From the NCBI RefSeq assembly GCF_006345805.1, contig NW_021835346.1, forward strand, positions 1-40,628: 40,628 bases of DNA, written 5' to 3'. How positions within the stretch are numbered: the stretch's first letter is position 1; the number at the start of each line of letters is the position of its first letter. Made by a program: the position numbers and the translations under genes. Source of the DNA: Octopus sinensis. Lineage: Eukaryota. Positions 1 to 11,468 of the stretch are shown one piece after another. Below the pieces are notes generated by a model. The model searched no databases. It was not told the DNA's origin and saw only the letters and a program-made list of their open reading frames with translations.

Positions 1-454
1 TCTTCAGTGCACGGCCATTCTCATTTAGCATGTTTAGTTAGGACAGTGCAAGAGTGGTAGGATTTCGCAAAGAAAATAGGAATTGTTCTCCTCTCGTATT
101 TAGATGTTTTTTATAAGGAAAACTGGTTTCGCAGTGCAAGTGGTCAATGAGCGTTGATTTCAGACACCCGGATATAATCCGCTTATCCTTGTTTTGAACT
201 GATCAGGTTGCCCGCTGGAACTTGCAGATAGATAGGGGTCCCAGCTCGGATTTTCGTAGCTTAGAACGGGGAGGATTTATTGTTTGTACATCCATGTTGT
301 ATTCTCCCGCTGAAGGGTCATCGAATGTCTTTTTGAACATTTCTTTTTCTTTCGGGGAGATTCCAACCTCCTGAAGAAAGGCAACAGACTCAATTTCAGA
401 GCGCGGAAGCTCGGAGTCCTTCAGTTTTGAATATTTCCCCATTAAAACTATCAC
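1..454 (-). mobile_element. Possible degenerate Merlin/IS1595-like transposase N-terminal remnant
   Basis: ORF 203-454 contains VAFLQEVGISPKEK, loosely like the Merlin N-terminal FLQExGL(L/I)P motif. Downstream frames are broken and no DDE motif is visible. Weak recognition only. Confidence 0.22.
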
Positions 455-599
455 TCATGTCCACAAGCCGGTAACAAATTCAAAATTTTATCTAAAAAAA
501 TTTATAATAATATTTAAAAAATCGTCATTGTTCATTTTTTTTAATTATCCAATCACTTACCAACCTCCCACTTCCAAAATGATTTTAAAACAGTGTATT

Positions 600-752
600 C
601 AACAACTACTCAATTAACAACGCTTTCCCAATTCGTTCTGGACGGGTTAAACGAGAAGAGGCCCCCAAAACGAACATTTCTAGCTTTCATCGACATTTTT
701 AAGGCTTTTGACAGCGTCTCTAGATGCGGTTTCAGACCGCCTAAATTTAAAC
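600..752 (+). mobile_element. Small non-LTR (LINE) reverse transcriptase remnant, cut off by the pogo terminus
   Basis: 680-750 translates LAFIDIFKAFDSVSRCGFRPPKF (RT motif FID-x2-KAFDSV). Nearby FPIRSGRVK resembles the RT FxVxSGVKQG motif. Confidence 0.45.
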
Positions 753-754
753 TA

Positions 755-2806
755 CAGTCCGACCTCTAAATGGGGCACTAAGTGCCTCAAATCAGAGGTT
801 TCCCCAAAAAAGAGGTTTTTCAAAAACCTCAATAAATAAAGAGAAGGAACATTATTTTTTAAAATAATCAGTTAATTTTTCTCCATATTTATATTTATTT
901 TTAATTCCTGACGACACTTTCTTTCTGAATTCATCCAATGGTTGAAGTATTGGTGTCGTATTTTTTGGTAAAAATAAAAAATCAACGTTGCTAAATGTCG
1001 ATATTTTATGGCAAGCAGCGTTATCTAATAACATTAAGATTTTTCTTTTTTGAATAATTATTTTTTCATTAATTTTTTTGAGCCAGGATATAAAAATGTC
1101 TCTTGTCATCCACGCATTTTTGGACGAAGAGTATAAAATTCCATAAATTTCGGGAGAAAATTTTTTGAAACATCTAGGATTTCTATATTTTCCGATTATT
1201 AATGGTTCAAATTTTTCTCCAGTGTAACTACAGCATAGATGAAGAGTAACTTTATCATTACTCCTTTTAAAGCCCCGTGCCGAATCACCAGTTTTCACGA
1301 ATAATTTACGTGGGGTAAGTTGATAAAAAGAGAAGTTTCGTCACAATTAAAAATGTTCTCCTTTTCATATTGTTCAACTTTGATATTTAATTCTGATAAA
1401 AAATTCAAAATTATCGCATGATCAGCAGATGCGGATTCGCCTGACAATGTTCGGAATTTTAATTCATGCCTCTGCTTGAATTTTTCTAACCATCCATTTG
1501 AAGCTTTAAACTTGTTTAAGCCCATTCTCGAAGAAACAGTTAGGGAAATTTTTTTTAAAGAGTTCCAGAAACTGGAACATTCTGATCCTTAGACGCTGAA
1601 AAATATCGAGGACTTTTTCATCAAATCCGTTTTTATTTTCACTAATGATGAGGAAAGAAATCCTTTTTTGATAAATGGAAGAATATCTTTTTTATACGAA
1701 AATAGTTCCCTTGCTAGTATTGTACATTATGGATAATCTCCTCTCAGAATGTTCCTTCTTTAAAAGATGATCAGCAATCTTCAACTGGTTAAAGCACTAC
1801 ATTCTGTGCTTTTCAAATGTGTGGATGAATCTAATGTTGATTTACCTGCATCCTCAGAATGGCTATCTAATGGAAATAATGGGCCACGAAGCGAAGCATT
1901 GTATTGTCTTTTGCAAGATCGAAACTTGTTCTTTGCATCCGCTGACTCATTATGCAATCATTTAAGAAAAGCAAGAAAATGTTGACCACATGGCTACTCA
2001 GTGTGGTAAAATGCTCAACAGTGATATCTCCGGAGACACAACGAAGTTGTGAAGTGTATTCACCTTAACTTGTGCCGAATGTATGGACTCAAAAAAGCAA
2101 GACGATTGAAGGGACATTCTGTTCAGTCAACACTGTCGACGGGAAAAGTTGAAATCAGGGTTGATTCTACAATCCTCCACCGAAACAAAAGTAGAATATA
2201 ACAGCCAGATATCTTTGTCCACGACAAAGTCAGAAACGAAAAATAAATCTAATTGAAGTGGGTATTACTTCACAGGATCGCCTCAAGCAAGTGGAGGTTG
2301 AAAAGTGTCACAAGTATGACCTATTGGCAAGTGAGCTTTCGCTTCTGTATAGCTGTCAAGTAAAAATAATTCCTGTGGTTATGACATGGGAGGGAGTTGT
2401 CTCGAAATGCTTCAAAAATTATATGAAGAAACTATCTATTGAAGCAGGAACGAGGACATACATCCAATCCGTTGTACTGAAAAGAAACGCTCGAGAGTAT
2501 GATGATCGAACACAAGCACGGAATGAAGGATCTGGTGAAGAATACGCTTCTGCTTCCAACCGGATGGGAGATGGCATGCCAAAATGAAGAAGACCAATGA
2601 ATGCTAAAGAAGATGCAATGGTTGAATCAGATGTGGTAGTGGGGAGTAAGAGGCAGCTGGAAGTAGACTCTTCTTCCAAGAGAAGGAGAGTGGATATCAG
2701 CGAGCTGGAGTGAGATCTGCTTAGTTTCTGGATTAACTATTAATTTATTATTGGTTTAATTAATTTTATCAGTTTAATAAAAAATCAATGCCCCAAATAG
2801 AGATGT
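755..2806 (-). mobile_element. pogo/Tigger (Tc1-mariner, DDE_1) transposon, copy A, internally deleted and interrupted
   Basis: TA + CAGTCCGACCTC terminus at 753-766. ORFs contain KFKASNGWLEKFK, FNCDETSL, SSKNAWMT, LLDNAACH and PKNTTPILQPLD. Degenerate opposite TIR AATGCCCCAAATAGAGATG at 2787-2805. Confidence 0.88.
1791..2784 (+). mobile_element. 5'-truncated non-LTR retrotransposon of the restriction-like endonuclease type (R2/R4/NeSL group), frameshifted
   Basis: Across frameshifts it reads C-x2-C...VDHMATQC...RRHNEVVKCIH...KPDIFVHDK...LIEVGIT...EK-x2-KYD...IIPVVMTWEG (CCHC knuckle, RH, PD..E..K). Stop at 2711-2713. Absent from copy B. Confidence 0.85.
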
Positions 2807-3749
2807 TAAAATTAATTGATTTTTTATAATTTGGTTAAAAAAATTTAATTAAACTGTAATGCTTAACTGTTTCTTTTTTAAACATTCTGGCGGTTTTTAA
2901 TCCTGGAAATACATTATTATAATTCAATTCAAATCGTCCTGCGTTTTGCCAGCACTTGGGTGTTTTGCCTCAAAGATGATAAAAATATCGATGGTCTTAA
3001 ACAATTATTCCAGGGTTGTTTTCGCCTGAAACTAGAATTTCGAACATATTTACTTTTGTCAATGGCCTGCTCGTCTATTCGATTCACTAATGCCAGGCAA
3101 CTTTTGTTTCCTGTTAATCTGGGGCCCTTAATTTGATGGTAAATTAGGAGGCTACCAGCCAATGTCTTTCCTAAACTGAGTCAGGAATTCATGCGTTTAA
3201 AATTGGATTTAGGGACCAAAAGAGCGTGTGAATTTCCTTTTCATAATATTCGCTTTAAAAAAAGTCGAACCCGCCGATTTTTTTCTTTTTCCTGAAGCTT
3301 GAACTTTTTTACGCTTTCAACTGGGTTAGGGGAGGTCAAATCACTTCAAAACGTTATCCTGAGTTACTCACAATCATTTTGCTGTGTATGGGCTACTAAG
3401 TTACTTTTATTTCTAGTCAAATTGTCATTTCGGTATCTGGAATTCAGCAGACTGATCCACTGGGACCCTTACTTTGTGCCATTTGGGAGTGCATCAGGAT
3501 CACGTGACGTTTTTTCGGTTTTACCGTGGTCTTAAGTTTGAATAATAATTCTGTGAATTGCATTGCTCGTAGTCTATTATTGCTAATAGATTATTAATAC
3601 TTTAACTATGTTACTCTTAATGGATTCATCAATCGCGTCGACGCTGACAAATTGTTTCAGGTTTTACAAATTCTCTGTTCTTCATTGTGCTGGCGAGCCG
3701 GTGATTGTCTTTTTGCCATTGACGGTGCGATCTTGGACACGCTTGCTTG

Positions 3750-4450
3750 ATCTTAAACATCAAGTTCGTGGGTAACAGTCAGGTCCATACAAGCTTATCG
3801 GTCCATTCTGGAGAATTCTGGAGAAATGTGCTCCGCATCTTTGCCGTATTACCTTTTTATTTTTCTTTTTTACAAATAACCTTTGTTCTTTCACATTTTT
3901 CAAAGATGTCAAGGTTACGGGATACCCAGAAGTGTTAGAGTCATAGAGTTCCTGCAGGTATCGGGTGGTGGAAAAGATCTCAATTTATACAGGTTTCGAC
4001 CAATGCGTCAGTAATCATCTTTTTATAAAAGTAAGATTACCAGTTGAGCTGGCATCATTTGCTTCCTTTTTCTAACCGCACTCATTTAATTGGCTTGACA
4101 CTTACGGGGTCTCCTCAGCGGCATCATTACTTTCTAATCAGTGTTTGTCAAAGGTTTAGTATTTTAAAATTGTCACCATATCCGGCTGCTAGGTTTATGT
4201 ACAGAACGCACTAGCTCTCATGCCGCATGATGAGTGCCGGCAGAATCCCGCGTCCCGCAACCATGTTGTAGAAATGACTTTCTACTAATTCCCCGCTGAT
4301 CATAAAACACACTGGAATTAACAGATGCGATCAAAAACCTCCAAATAGAATGACTATGTTTTCTTTCCATGGGGAAAATCTCATGTCTAGGCCGTTAGGT
4401 GCGCCAACATCTTTTCAGAATTCATGTTAACTTTGTCTACAACCGATGTC
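3750..4450 (-). pseudogene. Heavily degenerate PIF1-type (Helitron-like) helicase remnant, copy A
   Basis: Broken frames give VVDKVNMNSEKMLAYL (cf. IIDEISMVS), NIVILFGGF*LHLLIPV (cf. IILFGDLLQLPPV), LMRHE (cf. NMRQ) and RNLDI, in the expected order. Read mainly from copy B. Confidence 0.35.
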
Positions 4451-4702
4451 CGACAATCATGTTCTATTACTAAAACTAAAAAAATCGAAATACAGCAACA
4501 AAACTTAAAAAAATCGACACTCATGAAATAAAGTAAAATCCGTTCCATTTGAGTCTGTAAGTAATGGTTTCATCGGTAAGAAAAAATTCAGCATGATAAT
4601 TTTGAAACGCACACTAGAAAATAAAACTTTGTAAATAAAGTAACAAAGGAACTCAAATCAAATTAAAAACAAAAATAATTCAAATATACGTAAATAAAAA
4701 AA

Positions 4703-4775
4703 CGCCCATACTCGGATTCGAACCAAGAACCTTGTGGTTAACAGCCACACGCGCTAACCGTTGCACCATATGGGC
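4703..4775 (-). tRNA. tRNA-Asn(GTT), copy A
   Basis: Reverse complement folds as a 73-nt cloverleaf: acceptor GCCCATA/TATGGGC, anticodon arm TGTGG-CTGTTAA-CCACA, T-loop GGTTCGAATCC. An oligo(T) Pol III terminator follows. Confidence 0.96.
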
Positions 4776-6125
4776 TTGTATACCTTCGTGTTCTATATAT
4801 TAGACTCAACTATCTCTGTAATAACATGTGAAAAGTCTACGTTCTCTATTCTTCACAAGTGAATGAACGGACTATCTTATAATGAAAACAAATGACACTT
4901 TTGTTTATGTGTAGCAATTTTAAAAGCCGAAAATTTAAAGTAAATTCAGCTAGCTAAAATTGAAGAATTTCTTTATGAAAGATCTTAAACTAATAATATT
5001 TCAAGATGCACAATAAAATTGTGACGTGCTTTCATTTTTTCTTCTTTTACGAATTTCGTCTAAAGATCAAAAAAGAATTAAGACTTATTCTGTGCAATTG
5101 TAGTAACTCATGAATGTTTTGAAATAGGAGTGTAAACTTTAATAAAAACAGAGACGATAATACGATACAAAAACCTGATTTATTTGTGTAAGACTAAAAA
5201 ATCAGTAACATGTTTCTCGTTCACGTTTAAGTAACTTCTGCGGACATTTTACAAGTGGAGTTGAAAAAATTAAGAAAAATCGATCTACTCTAGAAAAAAC
5301 TAAAAATACGTCACGCAAAAGTGAAGATTATGTCAATTGTTCTACACAAATAAATTTGTGACACTTCATTTTCTGAAGTATCCTGAATCATTAAATATAG
5401 CCTAAGGACGTATGTGTATGTGCAATTTTTGTCACTGACGAAAACGTTAAAAAGCATTGCTGTTACAAGAAGAAACGAACCCGAGCCATAAAGACAATTC
5501 CTTTAGGAGATCTATGTTAAATGACACATTTCCGGAAACCTTTCAATAATCCTTAATTTGTATATTAATTATATTTTTATTATTTATTTGAATTAGTTTC
5601 AAAATAAATTTCTTCGGTACTAACATTTACTACAGTAAGTATTGTATCACTAAATAATTTTGCCGTAAATTAATATCAATAGGTGGTCAAGAACCCTTTG
5701 TATCTCTTGTGGTCCTGGGTTGGATTCTTAGCGGCTGGTAGCTCCGATCGAGTTTGACAGGTAAAGCCGTCATGGACGTCTCATCACACATGGAGTCTGC
5801 ATGGAACGGATTTTCGGATGGGATGTTGAGCTTCCTACCGTTTAATAACAACTGCACTACAATAAAAGAAACATAAGACAAGAGTAAGTAAAAGACTTCC
5901 TACCTCGGAAAAAATTAAAAATAATTTACTTTCTTATTCTCTTTTGATCATAAAAAACTTATATGGCTGCCACAAGCTAAACCATATACAAATGACAAAC
6001 CATATACAATATATCAAATGACAAGTCGCTTTTTCGTCCCATGTCAATTAAATAATAACGTGTTAAATTTAAAATAAATTTGTTTTGTATGAAAAATATA
6101 AAAAATATAATTATGTTATGGTACA

Positions 6126-6173
6126 TGACAAAAATTTTTTGTTTTTTTTTTGTTTTTTTTTTTTGACAAAAAT
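6126..6173 (-). mobile_element. Poly(A)-only retro-insertion (~28 nt T-run) with 10-bp flanking direct repeat TGACAAAAAT
   Basis: TGACAAAAAT at 6126-6135 and 6164-6173 flanks the T-run. The homologous site in copy B (~30865) has one copy and no T-run. Confidence 0.6.
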
Positions 6174-7080
6174 TATTATAATGTTATGGTACATGACAAT
6201 TTGTATCACCAAACCAGTAATCTCGTAAAATCAAATAATTTTTTAAATAGTTAAAGAAAGTAAATTTGAATTTGGATGTAAAAAATTAAGTCATAAAATG
6301 GATATTTGTGAAAATGGAGTTATATTTTAACTAAATTTACGAGTATTATAATGTTTTATACAGACTGTACACTGTTTACTGGTATATGGTATTTCAACCA
6401 ATAAAACAAAATTTATTTCATAGATATATTTATTTCTTCTAGATATATTTATTTCTTCTAACAAAATTTATTTCTTAATTTGATAAAATAATCTAATTTA
6501 TTTTTATACAATTCGACAAACTTGTTCTTTGTTTTTACTTATATTATGACAAAGGTGGATGATTCGGGAAATTTTAACATGTGTTTTTATTTTTCTTCTC
6601 TATCTCATCAAGCTCCTCTTTTGATCTTATGATTTTGGTTGCTGATGAAATAATAAAACCTATTGTAATTTTTTCTAGGTTAGAAATGATTTAAAATGTT
6701 ATTCATGGCAATATTGAGGAAGCAAGTGTTATGGAAAGAATTACTCTGATTAGGCTGTCAAACAATTTCAAATAAACAATCCTAGACTCGTTTTAGCTTA
6801 ACATTTGATTGAGTTAGAAAGCCTGACCAAATTATGTAACATGAACTGTTTGTATGAAAGTTGAGAATAAGTTTGTTGTATTTTTCACAAAATTAATTTC
6901 TAAGAAAATTAATATTTGAAGGAGTCCGATTCTGATTACGAAGTCAACCCTAACAACTTAACAGTTTAGAAGAAAATGGGATTATTGATAAACGTTGTTT
7001 ATAACTCGAATATCAGAAATAAAAATAATTTGATTTTTATTGTATATAAATTAAATTCTTAATAGATATATTGTGAGATC

Positions 7081-8415
7081 ATGTTTTATTCATGTTAGTT
7101 GTTATTTAATAATTTTAAGCACCTCATCATCCTATTAGGCCTGTAATTCTTACAGCTGCTATCGGAAATGAACTAAAATTTTTAACTAATGGAAAGCCTT
7201 ATTGTCTATTAAGAGTGATCAATCAACCTATAATCAACTTTCCAATTAAAATCTTAATAAATTCAAACTTTAATGGTATTTTTATACCAGTTTATTCCTC
7301 AGATATTATTATTGCTTGCTATGAAAGTGAGAGCAGTGAGATTTTCGAAAATATACATTCCGAATTTCAGAAAACCACTTTTACTATGTTCACTGTTCCC
7401 GACAACATTATTTCTGCAGTTAATATTCTGCTCGAAATCAATTCGAAATTTCCTAAAAATCAAATTCTGTTTCTTCCTTGCGACATTTTTGGAGATTTGG
7501 ATATTGGATCATTCATTGTAGACCATTTGACACACAATCCTACAATTTCAATGATTAGAGTGCCCCGACCTGAAGTAAATAAAATATCACTTCCTGCTCC
7601 CCACAAATATCGGAAACCAGAATTAGAAATTTGCTGTGTTGATTCTGTCGAACAAAAACATTTGATTATGTTTTGTGGCCAAACAAAATTCCTTGAAGAC
7701 GAAATGGTTCTCAAAAAACAATATCTTTGTCGGTAATGATTTATCTCTAGGATTTAGAACTCATTCCATACTCACTTTAGTTTCTCATGTTGACCCTCAG
7801 GTTTACATTTTTTCGGTTCTTGTCTTGACCTGATTCGTAAAAAATTCAGGTATTTTTAGTTTTAATATATGAATTATGATCTAGTCATTCGTTTGTATAA
7901 AATCAGAATTGCTACCACAATTCTCGATTTTATGGCAAATTTGATCCAAAAGAATTTCCTGGCACGTACAGTTGGATTCGTGCTCTCCCTTTAAATGCTG
8001 ATATATTCAGAATATCATCCATTTTCAACTATCTCAGGGCTCACAGATCTAATTTCGTGTCAAGTTCTGAGTAATAAGTTTATCAACATTGTATTAGGAA
8101 TTGTGTTTACGAAAATACTTTTTTGGGACCCGACTGTGTAGTGGGTGATGTGAGTCGACTGATTTGCTGCATTGTTGGTAGCAATGTTAGAATAGGCTCA
8201 AAGTATCCGTGTCTGATGTATATTCCAGTTGTATGTTGGATAATTGCATTATTTCTGATCATGTCAATATTGGGGATGGTTGTCAGATACGTAATTCTGT
8301 GATTTTTCCTTGTCAGACTCTGGACAGTAACTGTATAGTTTATATTTTTAAATTATAAGCTGTTAAATGCAACGATGTTATTGGTGAAGTTATCGATGAC
8401 GTACTTTTTAGATAA
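7081..8415 (+). CDS. EIF2B3: Translation initiation factor eIF2B gamma subunit, multi-exon, copy A (several 1-nt deletions relative to copy B)
   Basis: Spliced reading RPVILTAAIGNELKFLTNGKPYCLLRVINQPIINFP...LFLPCD...HVDPQVYIF...IKSELLP followed by left-handed beta-helix hexapeptides (CIVGSNVRIG, NCIISDHVNIGDGCQIRNSVI). Ends DDVLFR*. Diverged, so exon limits are approximate. Confidence 0.8.
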
Positions 8416-8554
8416 TCATTAATTTTTTTAATTTTATTTTTTTTCAATTTTGTAATATTTTATTTGATAATAAATTATTAATTTGTTTGATATCTGGTTG
8501 GTATTAAAGTCTTTTTTGTATCATTAAATAAATTACATTTAATTTATAGAATCA

Positions 8555-9293
8555 ATGACAACTGCTGGGCGCCCCACTTTTGATCACGCTAAAGGAAGCG
8601 GTTCTCGGATGGAGAATGATCTTGGTTCTCTGACGAGACAATTTTCCGCCAGAGACCTACCAAGTCAATTAAAGCTAAAATTTCGGTATTGTACAAATAA
8701 TTAACAAATATTAGTCAAAAAGGCCAATCTTGCAAAGAAGATTTGAAATCTATTGACATGAAACAAGTATTGGAAGAGAAGGAATTATTCCACAAACATA
8801 AAATTGATGGCCAATTGGAAGAAACTCTTGGCACTGAGAAGAGGCTAAAGTTGGAAGATGTGAATTTGGACGAAGATGATCCCATTGACGAGGGTGGGAT
8901 TGATTCAGACGATTCCTCTGACGGAGATGAAACAGCACAGTTAATGTCAGAACTTAATAAAATTAAAAAAGAACGAATGGAAGAGGCCAAGAAAATGGTT
9001 TAATAAAATTTGATCACTGTTTACAGAACATGGAGAAAGAGCTTGAGGAGCAGAAAATAAGGAATGAAAATATAATGCGGGGAAATCCCCTCATTTCACT
9101 TTCAGGCGATTTGGAAGGGAAAAGTGATTTTAGAGTCAAGGCAAAGTATTTGTGATTGTGTTATTTTAGATGGGATGATGACGTGGTTTTTAAAAATTGT
9201 GCAAAAGAGACAAATAAAACAAAGCCCGAATTCATTAATGATTGTATTCGCTCGGAATTCCACAAGAAATTCATGTCGAAATATTTTAAATAA
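8555..9293 (+). CDS. CWC15: Spliceosomal NTC/Prp19-associated protein CWC15, 4 exons, copy A
   Basis: [14 protein letters not shown]...[13 protein letters not shown] at the start and [13 protein letters not shown]...[20 protein letters not shown] at the end. Introns of 29, 29 and 24 nt. Confidence 0.95.
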
Positions 9294-9639
9294 TTTTTGT
9301 TTCTGATTTTTAAATTTTAATGTTCTCTTTACTCATTAAATCAATTTCTAAGAATTTAATAAAAAAATTAAAGACCATTCATGTTTCTTTGACTTTTTAA
9401 TACCCTCCATAAGAGGCGCTCTCAGGTTTGAGTCAATTGGATCTCTGCTCTATATTATGCTGTAAAATGGAAAAAACAATTTAAACGATGTACTTTTACA
9501 ATTTTTGGAATTATTGAAAAGTAAAGCTCGGAGAGGAAAACTGTTTCAGCCATTATGCCGTCAGGAAGTTAGTTTATAATCATGACAAGTATCCGGGTTT
9601 GGTATAATTCCCGTGGACGATTAGCTGGTTAAGTACGAT

Positions 9640-10400
9640 TAGCTGAGGGATGACTTTGAATAACATTTTTGAAAGCTGATGATGTTATTTGGACACACAG
9701 ATGGACTGCTGCCTTATGTCAAAAATACAAATAATGCACCGAGATACTCGGAATTGACATCCAGAGCATTCGATTAAGTTTACGGAATTAAACTCGTGAA
9801 AATACAACATTTTTAAGTGAGTATCATCTTAAAGCTCCTTCAAGACACTCAATTAGTAATCAATCTTGGCAAAACTGTGTCATACTTTTTTTACACATCA
9901 CGGGGCATACCACAGTGTGACTCGCTGTCCCTAATTCTGTTTATCGTCTACCTAAAAGCAGCACTTAGAGATTTAGATCTTTTGTAGTAAATACACCAAA
10001 ATAATATATGCCGACTATGCTGACTTCGTTTTTGACAATGCTAAAATCCTTTAGCACATTATCGAAACACTACCAAAAATATTTTCAAAATGGTTTTTAT
10101 AGTCAATCATAACAAAACGGAATACACGAAAATTTTTCGAGCTAAACGCATCTATGATAAAACTTGGAAAAGGCATAATAAAAAGTTGGATCACGGCTGG
10201 ATGACTCTGAAGATGTCACTCATATAATGATACTATCGATCACGGCGTATAATAAACTCGTAAATATCTGGCATCTAGAAATCAAAAATATATTGAAAAT
10301 GGTATATCTTGTATTTTTTAATTATCTGTCTTTCAGATAATTTTTTGTTCAACATCAATTTATTATTATGGCACTTTCACGAAAACCATTATGTTTATAG
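9640..10400 (+). mobile_element. Degenerate LINE (RTE/RTEX-like) RT remnant, plus strand, copy A
   Basis: W(T)HRWTAALCQKYK..ILGID, GIPQCDSLSLILFIVYLKAALRDL and IYADYADF correspond to RT motifs with many stops. Confidence 0.6.
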
Positions 10401-10429
10401 GGCAACACTCAAAAAAACAATATTTATAT

Positions 10430-11468
10430 TTAGTTTTTTTTCATCATCTTTTGTCGAGTGCGAGTGATCTCAATTCATCCAGATTGTCTCCTGTTTTTAG
10501 ATTTTTTCACAGGATTTAAGTCTTTGTTTAAGGCAGTCATGAATGTCGATTTAAATTGTCCGTGGAATGGTTTGTCGCAACTGTCAAAGTAATTTTTTAT
10601 CGCTTTGTTTTCTGGTGCGTCCGGGTTCATTCTTAGTACATGCCTAAATTACCTATACCACCAATCTATCACATTCTCGAACACATAATTGTAGATACTA
10701 TTAATTAATATTATACGTGGCCAATCTATTAAAGTAAGCTTCTTAGTTATTTTTATGGAACGAATCTAGTTTCAATAGTTTGTTGAAGAGACTTCCTTAT
10801 ATCTCAGCGTTGTAATGCCTGCGTCTGATGTCAATTCTAGGTCTTTTGGCTCTTATCCATCCTTTTCTTTAGTGTGGCCATTGCTTCATTTGCTAGTGTT
10901 TTCCTCTTTAATACATCTTCAGCGTTTTATATTAAATAGACAAGTTTATTAGTACGTCTCCATCTTACATGAGTGATATCGTCTTCTCTTTTGATTTCCG
11001 TAATTTCAGTTTTGATTACATTTACATAGAGAAATCATTTCTCAAGCTCCACTGGTGCATTTTCTAGTAGGTGTTTGAGTGCGGTCAAGTCCCGGGATAC
11101 AAAATCCATAATATGTCTCTTCAATGTCTTCTATAATAGTTTGATTATCCTAACCACGATTCATCCAATATTTGATCAAGAATATTCATTAATTTCTGCC
11201 AGTTTATTGAGTCGAAAGCTCTGGAAGAATCTATTCCCAACATTGTCGTTGCTCTCTTGAATCTTTTGTGGCTCCATACAATGTCTGCCGTAGACCTCTC
11301 TTTTCGGAACCCCTTTGACTTCCTGATAGGTATAGATCCGCCACACCCTTCATTCGAGTTAATGCAATGCTTGCCAGCACCTTAAGTATCGAATTCAGAA
11401 GTATTATCGTGGGGAGATTTTCTACAAAAATCCGACGGTTCTCCACTCCTGGGATCTGCCCTAATTCC
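10430..11468 (-). mobile_element. Degenerate LINE (RTE/RTEX-like) RT and C-terminal remnant, minus strand, copy A
   Basis: ENRRIFVENLPTIILLNSILKVLA...SQRGFRKERSTADIVW...LGIDSSRAFDSI. About 150 bp including the QGD-like motif is deleted relative to copy B. Confidence 0.75.

Noticed and set aside
725-752. Resemblance of TTCAGACCGCCTAAAT to the hAT right end before copy B
   Set aside because: The stretch is better explained as in-frame RT sequence (RCGFRPPKF) and the alignment needs several gaps.
6540-7010. Possible extra gene upstream of eIF2B-gamma
   Set aside because: All frames have stops and many indels differ between copies. No recognisable product.
8715-8990. Minus-strand ORFs over CWC15 (also 33427-33702) and ORF 2419-2679
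   Set aside because: Antisense shadows of real coding or TE sequence.
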